A stretch of DNA of 64,000 bases. Origin: Chara braunii (taxonomy: Eukaryota > Plantae > Charophyceae). Below, in pieces: positions 39,540 through 50,651 of this stretch. Below the pieces are notes generated by a model, which saw nothing but the letters and a program-made list of their open reading frames with translations, was not told where the DNA came from and did not search any database. The stretch is taken from contig BFEA01000015.1 in assembly GCA_003427395.1 (NCBI GenBank), forward strand, positions 1,669,800 to 1,733,799, read 5' to 3'. Position numbers and translations under genes: made by a program. Positions within the stretch are counted from its first letter, which is position 1. Each line of letters begins with the position of its first letter.

Positions 39540-41221
39540 TAATTGGGCACAGCTCAGCATTCACAGCCCTAAGGCTGCAGTATTGTGGGTTTGCACATCT
39601 GTGTTTGCAGCCCTAAGGCTGCAATGAAACTCTCTCTCTCTCTCTCTCTCCTCCTAGAAAAAGAACAAAGGGACATACGCCCTTAGGGCTACGTTCCCAA
39701 CGCCTCCGCCGTATTGGAACCAAGAACAGTGACCCGAACAGCTCTGACCTCTGCACAGTTTGCTCACAGACTAAGAACAAGAAAAATACAATTCACTGTG
39801 TTACACTCCGGGCAGCCGGGGTCAGGTGGGTGGGGGGTACTTCTTGAAAAGCCCTGTTGGTCCCCCAAAAAAACAAAAGAAAGACCTGTTGGCGTCATAG
39901 GTTGATAGGCTAGAGTCTTGGTGCTGTCTGATCGTAGTCTGGGTGCCAGGCGGCACATCGGGAGAGCAATATTGGATACGATGATGGTGGAGGCGAGATA
40001 AGGGTTAACGTTGTCATTTGAGTTCATTGCTTTGCTCTTACTTGGTGTGAACTCGGTGCATTCTGCGATCCGTCCGAGCACATGCCTTTCTGGCTTTCAA
40101 TGAGATGATGCAATTTCATTTCTCTACTTCGAGTGGCAAATGATAAAATACAAAAAAAAAAAAAAAAAAACGATTTAAAATTCAAAATCAAAACCGAATG
40201 AAATTAAACATAAAACAAAGAGGAATCCATCAGAAAAAGGACGCGGAAAAACTCCTTTCATTACGTCTCGCAGTCATCGCCTCTACACCGAGGGCTGGAA
40301 AACGAGGCATTCGTACCCGACTGGTTTTCTTTCGCTCCAACTGGTTTTCGTTTGCTGGTTTTCTTTCGCCGTATACGCTGGTGAACCACTCCTGAACAAT
40401 CCATTAACTATTCATTAACCGTGGTCATGAACAACTCTCTCTGACAGTTCATAAAAAACACTCGTGAACCACTCTCATGAGCGAATCACACATGGACGGA
40501 CCATGGTCATGAACCACTCTCATGAGCTAACCACACATCAAGCATGATTATGAACCATGGTTCAATGGACAATGTTCCCGGAACGAAAACTGATCCCATC
40601 CCCCAAAGGCAAGGGAATTCCAGGTTCAAAAACTGCTCCTGCTCCTGCTGCTCTGGTCCTGCCTAGTGCGAAAGCCAGCCTTGACCTTCGCAACCTCAAA
40701 AGCAGCAACCGGTTTCCCGGTGCGCAGTGAACCATGGTCCAGTGACAGTGACATATTCCAGGAGCAAAAACTGATCCAAGGGTGAAGAAAAGGGACCACC
40801 TGGGTCAAAGACTGCTCCCGTCTCCTTGCGTTCCTGGTTTCACTGCCCGCCCGCCCACCCGCCCGCCTGCCCGACAGTGTTAATTAATGAACCTCCTCAC
40901 AAACTTCTTCGAACATCCATCCTCTCGCCGAGACCTTGCCGCCACGAGCCTCTCCTGCTTCACCTCTCTGTGCCAAACTCGCCGCACCCCTCCCCCCCCC
41001 ACAGACTCTCACCTGCGTATATCTGCACCCACCCACAGCCACCAACCACTCACCACCACCATTTGTAAACACCCTGACCGACAGTTCCAAGTGTCGACAA
41101 ATTCATCAGCTGTGCAGCTTGTTTAAACGACAGACAGAGGGGTGCACCCAATTTGATACAAGCACAAGATTCAGCACTGTTGTTCTGACAAAATATTTGC
41201 GAGATTCGGTGATCACAGTGA

Positions 41222-41331
41222 GTAGAAAAGCAGACACTGAAGTGTAGAAAAGCAGACACTGAAGTGTAGAAAAGCAGACACTGAAGAGTAGAAAAGCAGA
41301 CACTGAAGTGTAGAAAAGCAGACACTGAAGT
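41222..41331. repeat. 22-bp minisatellite x5
   Basis: GTAGAAAAGCAGACACTGAAGT repeated head to tail. Confidence 0.95.
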
Positions 41332-42497
41332 CACACGAGATTGAAAGCCGAACAACTTGCAAAACACATTGTGCCACAAAATCGGTACAAAAGTACGTTG
41401 CATGTCATGTCCCGGTGGGCGATGGCTACAGCGACCGGTTTCGACCTTCCGCCACGTGGTCGTCCTCAGGTCGCTTACCACCTGCTTTCTTCCCCAAACT
41501 ACGCCATCGTTCCAATCATCCCACTTCCGCCGTCGACAGCCGGACATCCCCGGAAACATCCGCAATCAATTGGCATCGGCAATGTAATCTGTCAGGGTGG
41601 GAAAAAAATTTGTAGTCATCAGGTACTCCTGAAAATAGAGGAGCAGTCTTTCAGTCAAAGGAAAAAAAAAAAAAAGAAAAAAAAAAACACGCAGCCCTTA
41701 GGTGCACCTATCGAATATCAAAACAGGCCGCAGCTGCTAAAGTCCCCTTACCAGCAGCTGCAGCATGTTTAAGTCCTCGTGCTCTTTTCGCCTTCTTAAC
41801 ATGCTGCAGCTGCTGGGACCAAGCACGGGGAAATTTTAAGAAAGAAAAAAGTCATTGTCTACTAACGACAATATCTCCATACATTGCAACAAAATCATGG
41901 CTGCCATCCTGACATCCAGATCTCAACGCGGACAGCATGTGGTCCAGATGTCCCTCTCCGCTGTCTGGTCCAGCGCATCTGGGTCTGCCGCTCCTCGGAC
42001 TTAAAAAAAAAAAAAAAAACTGCAAAAGAAAAATGCAGCATTGCAATAGAAAAATCTTTAGGCTGAGGATCATCTCGAAAATTGTGGCCAAATAAGAGGA
42101 AAAGAATAAAGACGATATCTTTTTTTTCTTTTTTTTTTGGTGGGGGTGCAGGTGGGGGTGGGGCAGGGGTTGGGGGGGGGGGGGGGGGGGGGGGGGGGTG
42201 GGCTCAGTCCAAGTCCAGGAGGTCTGAAGCCATCCAGGCAGAGGTCCAGCCACACTCACCTGCACTAATACCCAGCAAAGATTCCCAACTTTCCCATCAA
42301 AAGCCCGCTTCTACTGCTCGGCGACAGAGAAGGACAAGAAAGGAGGAAAGACTACAGGCTGAAATGCATAAGAGCATACTCGCATGAGGACTTTGCTGGA
42401 TGCATCTGACTGCAATTGCGGCTCTTCCTAGATGGATCTGACCGCAATGGCAGCTTGTTCCTGCATGTAACCGACTGCAATTGCAGTTCTTCCTGGA

Positions 42498-42558
<61 letters not shown>

Positions 42559-42559
42559 N

Positions 42560-42653
<94 letters not shown>

Positions 42654-43032
42654 GCGCAACAATTCCCTGCCTGATTGATCCCCATCCTCACAACCAGAAT
42701 CTCTGGTCCTCCCACAAAATAGCCTTTGCCTGTTAGCTCGATCTAGGTTATGGATTGCAAGAGGTATCAAACCATTAATCATGCCCTCTCATCGGCTAGA
42801 TTGTAGAACATCTCTAGAGATTTTTTTTTTTTCTTTCTTCTTTTAAGGCATTTAGACCATGTCTAGATTACGTGTCGTCCTCGTATTAGACCAATATTTC
42901 AGAAACTGAAGCAAGAGCTCGAGCTCCCACAGAGAAGACAACTGTGGAAACAAAACGTTGTAGGCCCTTGTCTAGGGAGACCTTCCCCGTTACCCACCCT
43001 TGTGGCTCAACGATGCACGAAAGTAGCTGTCC

Positions 43033-43082
<50 letters not shown>

Positions 43083-43095
43083 CATTTACCGTTTA

Positions 43096-43165
43096 GCCTT
43101 GTGGCTGAATGGTACACAACTTCAGCTGCTGATAAACATGTCATGAGTTCGAACATTATGTCCCT
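43096..43165 (+). pseudogene. Degenerate tRNA-like / SINE head
   Basis: A-box-like TGGCTGAATGG and B-box-like GAGTTCGAAC at tRNA spacing, lying between two (GA)n tracts. No intact cloverleaf. Confidence 0.4.
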
Positions 43166-43183
43166 TCTTTAACAACCAAAGCG

Positions 43184-43251
<68 letters not shown>

Positions 43252-43342
43252 CCCAGCAAGTTGATAAAGATAGTAATCAGAAAGGAGATACTGTGACTTA
43301 CCTGATATTTTGGTCACGTGTTACAAAATCCGCAGACGGTTT

Positions 43343-43426
43343 CTACCCAATGAAGTTCATTACCACCAGATGGAGGACTAGGTTTGCCAGTATGTAATCA
43401 GCAAAAGCGCGCTCCAGCGGAAGATC
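43343..43426 (-). CDS. DAD1: DAD1/OST2 oligosaccharyltransferase subunit, last coding exon
   Basis: cag|GAT...: [27 protein letters not shown], the conserved DAD1 C-terminus. Confidence 0.95.
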   Translation of the reverse strand, partial: DLPLERAFADYILANLVLHLVVMNFIG

Positions 43427-43552
43427 CTGCCCATCACAAGAGAGAGAACAAAAAGCGAACACAACATTCGGATTCTATTTTAGTACGTGTCCAAGATAAA
43501 CAGTAAAGATTAAAATTCTCAATTGCAATAGAAAAAGGCAGCGTAATGCCCA

Positions 43553-43655
43553 GACATCCGTTAAAATTGGAAGTTTGATCTATACTGAGAACATTAAAAT
43601 GGCCCCAGCGCATTCAAGAATGCCTCGCATCAATCGAGAAATGGTCCAAAAAAAA
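43553..43655 (+). pseudogene. U6: Degenerate U6 retrocopy in DAD1 intron (antisense to DAD1)
   Basis: GACATCCGTTAAAATTGGAA...ATGGCCCC.GCGCA...AATCGAGAAATGGTCC plus A-tract. Confidence 0.8.
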
Positions 43656-44571
43656 GGAAAGGCGATTAAAGAAAAGGAAAAAAGAAAAGTAACGCTAAGA
43701 CACAGACACTACGTTCACAAACTCCTCTGACACACACGATCTCTCGGCCGTTTTCTGTTCACATTTTTTTCGTTTTTTGTTTTTTTCTTCCGTACCTGTT
43801 TTTCCACATTTTTTATACTTTCGTTTTTCTTTGGGTGCATTTCCGTAATCTTTATGGCTGCATTTCGAGTAAGTAATTTCAGGGGCCAGTATTAATACGA
43901 TCTGCGTAGCACGCCGAACGTGTTCGCACCCCTTTACGTTCGGGCGAACACCTTGCGAACATGTTCGGGCGAACATATTTTTTTTTCCATAAAAAAAAAA
44001 AAAAAGGTTTTTCGGTTTTTGATTTTTAACTCATGATTGGCTACGAATTTGAACATGACTCCAAGCCAAAAGTTGCTTGTATTGTTATTTTACATAACAT
44101 ATATTTTGTTCAGATTTTTCTGAGAACGTTTTTTATTATTTATTATTTTTTATGTTCGCGTTCGGAGGGTTTTGGGCGCTTGTTCGCGTTCGGGCGAACA
44201 TGTTCGTGTTCGCCTCCGAACGCGAACACGGTGCTACGTAGAGTACGATTACAAATATTTCTTTTCTAGTTTTTTTCGCGTTCGCCTCCGAACGCGAACA
44301 CGGTGCTACGTAGAGTACGATTACAAATATTTCTTTTCTAGTTTTTTTTCGAAGTTTTCCTTTTTTTTTTATATCCAGACCATTCACTGTATAGCGGGTC
44401 TTTATCTACGACCAGAGAGGGAACCTGGTACCCTATCATAATCAGTCACAAAGAAAAACAGCCACAAAGTCACAATTCAACATTTTAAAAAAAAAACTAA
44501 ATACGAAATACCACTAGCAGTGGTACTCCAATTTTTTATTAACAAAAAATTAACACCAAGCATACATATGT

Positions 44572-44665
44572 AGTCCTGGTGGCTGAACGGCTCACAACAC
44601 ATACACGATATATGATATATGACTGTTAATCAAGAATAGATCCGCAGTTAGAATCCTGCCAGACA
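44572..44665 (+). pseudogene. Degenerate tRNA(Asn)-like sequence
   Basis: TGGCTGAACGG A-box, GACTGTTAATC anticodon-arm-like segment, GCAGTTAGAATCCTGC T-arm-like segment. Confidence 0.4.
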
Positions 44666-44680
44666 CAATAAGCTGAGCAG

Positions 44681-45101
44681 CTAGGCTACCAGAGTGGCCC
44701 GAGCCCACTTGCCCAGCCAGGCGGGGGTCACTTGCCCGGCCGGGCTAATATATATATCTATATATCGTCAAATAGAACTGCCCAGTAAACCGTAGGCAGA
44801 GAGGGAGAAGAGGACAACAAACGAGGGGCTGTGACAAACTGTTTCGTCGGAGTTTCACCGACTCATCAGGAGGCTGAATATATATAATATACAATATTTT
44901 TATTTTTTATTTTTTATTCTAAATTTGGTGAAGAATTTCGATGTGACCCTAAGGCAAAAGCTGTTCATCGTCTTTTTCTGCATAACATAGTTTTTTTTTT
45001 CGATTTTTTTTTCCTGGTCGGCCGGATTTTTTGTTGGGACCTTCCCTGGTCCTTGCACGGGCTGGCCACGGGGGACCTGGGCGGCCCGGCTGGTAGCCTA
45101 G
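44681..45101. mobile_element. hAT-type MITE, CTAGGCTACCA family, interrupted by the hammerhead element
   Basis: TIR CTAGGCTACCAG at both ends. Homology to 16489-16771. Confidence 0.8.
44766..44878 (-). ncRNA. Short element with hammerhead ribozyme core (CUGAUGA, stem II, GAAAC, GUC)
   Basis: Reverse complement TTCAGCCTC-CTGATGA-GTCGG(TGAAACT)CCGAC-GAAA-CAGTTTG-TC. Flanked by (TA)n. Stem I partner not evident. Confidence 0.65.
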
Positions 45102-45110
45102 CTATATATA

Positions 45111-45224
45111 GGGTTCAGCCTCCTGATGAGTCGGTGAAACTCCAACGAAACAGTTTGTCACAGCCCCTCGTTTGTTGTTCTCTCTCCCTCTCTGCCTACG
45201 GTTTACCGTCGGCAGTTCTGTTTG
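45111..45224 (+). ncRNA. Second near-full copy of the hammerhead-core element
   Basis: GGGTTCAGCCTC-CTGATGA(45123)-GTCGGTGAAACTCCAAC-GAAA(45147)-CAGTTTGTC, preceded by TATATATA. Confidence 0.65.
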
Positions 45225-45846
45225 CACACGTGCACATATGCACACGCATGCAGGTGAGGCATTGGGGCACTTGGTAGTGCAGGTGGAAGCGCTGCTGGAG
45301 CGGTCGCTCATGTGCTGCTGCTAGCGCCAGTGTGGAAGAGCCCGTGCGGGCGGTAAGGTACAGGGGGCTGCTGAGGGCAGCGCCATAGCCCAGCCTACGT
45401 AGCCAGGCTGGGGCTTGGACTTAGTTAGCGGGTGGTGGTGGTCTTCGTGCATGAGAGGGAAGACATGGGTAGAGAAGGCAAGGAAGAGAGAGTAGGAGGA
45501 TGATGTGAGGGCATGTACCACGTCTTGGCAATGGTCTACAAGGGCCGACATCTTCATGTACTTCCGTTCTGCTGCTGACGTCAACTGGATGCATTGTATA
45601 TTCGTAGGCTGCTAGTTGGCTGAGTGATAGTAGTCTGGGCGCTGAGCGCCAAGTAGCAGGAAGGACTCTGGATACATATGTTGGTGGTGGCGAGAGTATG
45701 CTATCATCGACATTCGGATTGAGTGCTTTGGTTCTCTGCTGGTGGAATATCAGTGCATTTTCGCTTTCTGGACAGCATTGGACTTGCTGGCTTTCAATGT
45801 GATTTTGCACTGTGTATTTCTGTCATTTCGCTACAGCTCATTTTCC

Positions 45847-45925
<79 letters not shown>

Positions 45926-46070
45926 CTACGCACATTCACAGCCGCTTTTCTTTTCTTCTTCTTTTTCTTTTTTCTCTCTTTCTTTCCCTTTTTTTTCCCA
46001 CTCATCAGCGATCAGCGCAGGGCACCGCACACCACACCACACGGTGCATATGCACCACAGGTATGATATA

Positions 46071-46616
46071 ATCTGTTTGACGATATATAAACAAAATATA
46101 TTTTGATTTTGATTTTTATTTCTAATTTGGTAAGGAATTTCGACTCGACTCTGAGGCAAAAGTTTGAAGTTTATTTTAACATCCTTTTTTCCAGGGTTTT
46201 TTTTTTTTTTGCAGGGACCAACTTTTTTTCCAGGGACCTTTTTTTCCAGTTTTTTTTTTTTTTGCAGGGACCTTCCTTGGCCCTCGCCCAGCCAGGCCCC
46301 CCGTGCACCCAACGTGACCCGGCCAGCCCACTTCATAGCCCAGGGACCTTGTCCCACCTGCTCCGTTGAGCCAGGTCCTCACTGGGTTTTCAACCCGGAG
46401 TGACGCCGTGAAGTGGGCTGGCTGGGTCACGTTGGGTGCACGGGCGGCCTGGCTGGGCGAGGGCCAAGGAAGGTCCCTGCAAAAAAAAAAAAAAAAAAAC
46501 TGGAAAAGAAACTGAACAACTTTTGCCTCAGAGTCAAGTCGAAATTCCTTACCAAATTCTAAATAAAAATCAAAATCAAAATCAGAATATATTTTGTTTA
46601 TATATCGTCAAACAGA
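46071..46616. mobile_element. Foldback element / long inverted repeat
   Basis: Arms 46071-46335 and 46405-46616 are reverse complements, and their sequence resembles the interior of the CTAGGCTACCA MITE. Confidence 0.8.
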
Positions 46617-46754
46617 CAACCCAGAGTGAACAGAAAAGGCCACAAAATACGAATCTCTCAATTATAACGCCCCCTACCCTTCTCAGTTTGCGTTGAGCTA
46701 GCTGAGACCAAAAAACGTCTCAGCTAGCTCAACGGTGCCATATTCATTTCTTGT

Positions 46755-46871
46755 TTTTTTGGCCATAAAAGTTTGGACCATTTCTCAATTTCTGTGTGTC
46801 ATCCTTGTGCAGGGGCCATGCTAATCTTCATTCTCTGTATCGTTCCAATTTTAACGGATGCCACGAAGGAC
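46755..46871 (-). pseudogene. U6: Full-length U6 retrocopy with 15-bp TSD
   Basis: Complete U6 (46871 to 46767) plus short A-rich tail. TSD ATATTCATTT(C/T)TTGT at 46740-46754 and 46872-46886. Confidence 0.9.
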
Positions 46872-47483
46872 ATATTCATTTTTTGTGATTTCAATCGTTT
46901 TCTTTATCCAGGGTCGTCATTATTGTCATTGTCAGACCGTTTCAATCTTCCGTTTTCGACGAGAAGACGACGATGCGGACGACGCACCTGTTACACAAAC
47001 TTATCTCTGAATGCCGACTAAAAGCAATAAGAGGCTTTAAAAAAAAGCAGTAGCGATTACTTTCGATTTTAAAAAGGCTTATCTAATGCTGTCAGTGCCT
47101 GTCACACCGTTGAGTTGGCTCAACTCAAAGGTGCAGCAGGTGGGGACAAGGGCACAGGTGAGCGGCTAATCCCTTCAGTTTTTTTTATTAAGAAAAAAGA
47201 AACTGGACAAAAAACAAAAAAGAACACTCCAGATGAAACTTGAGGGAAAGAAAAAAAGAAAGACAAAAATTAATCACAAAAAAAAGAGCGACAAAAAAAG
47301 AAAGACAAAAATTATGAAAAATAACATCAAATCACTGTCAACTCTGCACAATCGACAGACTGTAAAGCACAAGTGTGTGGCCGGAGGTTTTCTCTCGTTC
47401 TCCCCTGCATAATAAAGGCAGGCTTTATCAAGCAGGACAGGACAAGAGTTCTCAACTCCAGCAGCGGACACAGATTAGATTAC

Positions 47484-47527
47484 CTTGTACTCTTTGTTCT
47501 CCTTGTTAACCTGCATCCTCAGGCAAA
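47484..47527 (-). CDS. DAD1: DAD1 internal exon (44 nt)
   Basis: ttgcag|TTTGC...AAG|gtaatc, translating (V)CLRMQVNKENKEYK. Confidence 0.95.
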
Positions 47528-48055
47528 CTGCAACCAGAGAAGAAGAAGAAAAAATCCACACATCCCAAATTAACACGACTAACAACAAAGCAGATGAAGA
47601 TGAAGATGAAGATGAAGATGAAGATGAAGATGACAATGAAGATGAAGAACAAGAGCAGTACAGCACGACTGACAAACTGAGCACACAACCGCACAATGCA
47701 GGGCAAACACATGTGAGCAAAACAATGTCGGAATAACTCTCATGATCTGGTACAGCATGGAAAACGCCGACAGAATACCACAGAGAAGCAAACGCAAGAT
47801 CGTATAATATTATAATACAAAAAAAGCAACATAAAGAGGACCTCGCTCCACTACACAACATTCGAAATGGATCTGAAACTTCAAATTGGTCTAAATACAA
47901 ATAAAATGCTACAAGGTTACCAGTTGCCGCTTCGCCTGCAATAAACTGAAGGCATTAGTGTTTAAATGACGATGGGTGGGGATTTTGTTGATTGGGGGGT
48001 GGGTTTAGGCGGGGTCGGCATAGTTTGTATGCTCACCTGTGCGTTGTTGTTGATG

Positions 48056-48126
<71 letters not shown>

Positions 48127-48357
48127 GTTNNNNNNNNNNNNNNNNNNNNNNNNNNNNNNNNNNNNNNNNNNNNNNNNNNNNNNNNNNNNNNNNNNNNNNN
48201 NNNNNNNNNNNNNNNNNNNNNNNNNNNNNNNNNNNNNNNNNNNNNNNNNNNNNNNNNNNNNNNNNNNNNNNNNNNNNNNNNNNNNNNNNNNNNNNNNNNN
48301 NNNNNNNNNNNNNNNNNNNNNNNNNNNNNNNNNTTGCTCAACGAATCGATCCAAGGA

Positions 48358-48435
<78 letters not shown>

Positions 48436-48494
48436 GAGAGCGAGCGCACACAGAATGAAGGGAAAGAAGGGCGGAGGAGGACGTGGCCCACCAT

Positions 48495-48546
<52 letters not shown>

Positions 48547-48650
48547 TCTCCCATATGCTCATGGGCATGCACAGACCTTGCCGTCTTATTGCTCTCCGCA
48601 TAGGATCTTTGGATTAAATGAGATCCGATGGAGGCCATTGATTGACTTAC

Positions 48651-48738
48651 CTGTTAAGACTGCGGAGCCAATGCACGAGAGAAATCCAGCTAAGAAGGAG
48701 TTGAAAGGAAATGACCCCACCGCCAGCATGTAAACAAA
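48651..48738 (-). CDS. DAD1: DAD1 internal exon (88 nt)
   Basis: tgtgcag|TTTGTT...ACAG|gtaagt, translating FVYMLAVGSFPFNSFLAGFLSCIGSAVLT. Confidence 0.95.
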
Positions 48739-48944
48739 CTGCACAAAGTCAAAGTGAAGTAAAACGCCGTCCAAAGTGAGAACATCATCAGCATGCAATC
48801 ATTCCCTTTTTTTTTTCTTTTTTTTTCTTTTTTCATTTCTAAAAATTTGCAAATTTTGTTCAGATTTATTTTCTCACCACGACCCTTATAGGCTCCATGA
48901 TCTGAACGAGTCCAGCCAATCCAGCTCATCTCATTCCCTTTCTC

Positions 48945-49053
48945 TTTTTTTTTTTTTTTTCTTTTTTAATGGACCATTTCTCGATTTATGCGTGTCATCC
49001 TTGCGCAGGGGCCATTTGCTAATTGATCCTTCTCTCTCTGCATCGTTCTAATT
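48945..49053 (-). pseudogene. U6: 5'-truncated U6 retrocopy with poly(A) and TSD
   Basis: 3' half TGGCCCCTGCGCAAGGATGACACGCATAAATCGAGAAATGGTCCA is perfect. Poly(A) tail. TSD ATTCCCTTT (48933, 49051). Confidence 0.9.
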
Positions 49054-49429
49054 CCCTTTATACCTTTTGCCCAAATTGATTTTCTCACCGCACAAAAAAT
49101 CGGAGGTATGCCAACCAAACCAAGGTCAAAAACAATTTAAAAAATCCGTTCCTCATCCTCTGCGCACTCCAATGACTGAATGAGGGAACGAAACCCTAAC
49201 CCCAAATCTCTTCCCTTCTACCGTCTCTACCCGAATAGAACGCCCAGTCATTACGCTGGACCTTGACCGAAAGTTGGCCCAGATGCAGCTGCACTAACGA
49301 CTGGGCGTTCTATTCGCGTGAAGACGGAAGGAGGTTGTGAACGCGAGTTTATCTCGATTTGAGGGCATGGGAGCTCTGCAGCTGCCTAAAAGCTCTGCGT
49401 GAATCCATGACTGACTTTGGGTTAGCGGC

Positions 49430-50050
49430 GGCGGTTTTAACCCCTGAAGAGAGCTGGTGGGTGGGCAACCGGCCGAAAGGCGTCCGGAGGATCATACGCA
49501 TTTCGAGCAGCATTGGCTATGGTGGTCTTGCCTGTGCAGTCGATGTGTGGCCATTCTTTCTATAGCCATAGCCATAGCCATAGCCTATACTCTTCTCCTT
49601 CTGCAAGCGGCGGCCATAGACACAGTCATAGCCTATACTCTCCTCCTTCTGCAAGCGGCGAACTAGCCCCTGAAAAGAGCTGGTGGGTGGGCGGTTTTAA
49701 CCGCTGAAGAGAGCTGGTGGGTGGGCGGTTTTAACCGCTGAAGAGAGCTGGTGGGTGGGCGGTTTTAACCCCTGAAGAGAGCTGGTGGGTGGGCGGTTNC
49801 TGAAGAGAGCTGGTGGGTGGGCGGTTTTAACCCCTGAAGAGAGCTGGTGGGTGGGCGGTTTTAACCCCTGAAGAGAGCTGGTGGGTGGGCAACCGGCCGA
49901 AAGGCGTTGGGGGATCGTACGCGTTTCGAGCAGCATTGGCTATGGTGGTCTTGCCTGTGCAGTTGCTGTGTGTCCAGTCTTTTTGTAGCCATAGCCATAG
50001 AGATAGCCATAGAGATAGCCATGGCTGACCTCCTCTTCTCCTTCTCCACC
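49430..50050 (+). repeat. Two ~200-nt units, each with a minimal type I hammerhead-like motif, separated by a 34-bp tandem array
   Basis: CCC-CTGAAGA-GAGCTGGT(GGGTGGGCA)ACCGGCC-GAAA-GGCG-TC/TT at 49444 and 49868. 34-nt period at 49670, 49704, 49738, 49772 and onward. Confidence 0.6.
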
Positions 50051-50651
50051 TATAGCTATCAAAGTGTGCAAGCGAATTTCTCACTAGGTGCACACTACAG
50101 TCTTCCCCCGAATACAACGTACCGTCATTATAGCTGTATTTGGGGCAACTTTGCGTCTAGATACAGTGATAATGACCGTACGTTGTATGCGGGTGAAGAC
50201 TGTAGGGGCATATGACTTACCTACCTTCAACTACCGGTAGCAACAGTGCGTACTCTTCCCTCATAATATAGGTGCTGTGACGACTTTCTTCGAATCGTAG
50301 ACACATAACGCTTGGCCTTGTGACGACTTTGTTGGAAATGTTGACGCATAACATTTGGCCTTCGCTATCTAATTTTTTCTTTCCTTCTCGTATCCGCAGG
50401 CGATGAACAGGGAGGACGACGGAGAGGAGCGGGAGAAGGAAAAAGGAGCAGAACGAGAAGGAAGAAGAATTGGGATAGCAAGGCCAAGCGTTATGTGTGT
50501 ACGATTCGAAAAAAGTCGTCACAGCACCTATTATGAGGGAAGAGAGTACGAACTGTTGCTATTTGACGGTAGGTAAGCCATATGCCCATCCTAGTGACAA
50601 GTTAGGTCGCACACTTCGATAACTATAGGTGGACAAGGAGAAGAGGTCGGC
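50024..50651. mobile_element. Foldback/Mutator-like element with ~190-bp degenerate TIRs, interrupted by a small MITE
   Basis: 50024-50088 plus 50205-50330 are inverted relative to 50490-50651. Confidence 0.7.
50098..50202. mobile_element. ~105-bp hairpin MITE (Tc1/mariner Stowaway-like)
   Basis: TA|CAGTCTTC...GAAGACTG|TA. Relatives at 49221-49327, 51176-51280, 53353-53463, 53801-53904, 56561-56668 and 56834-56938. Confidence 0.85.
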
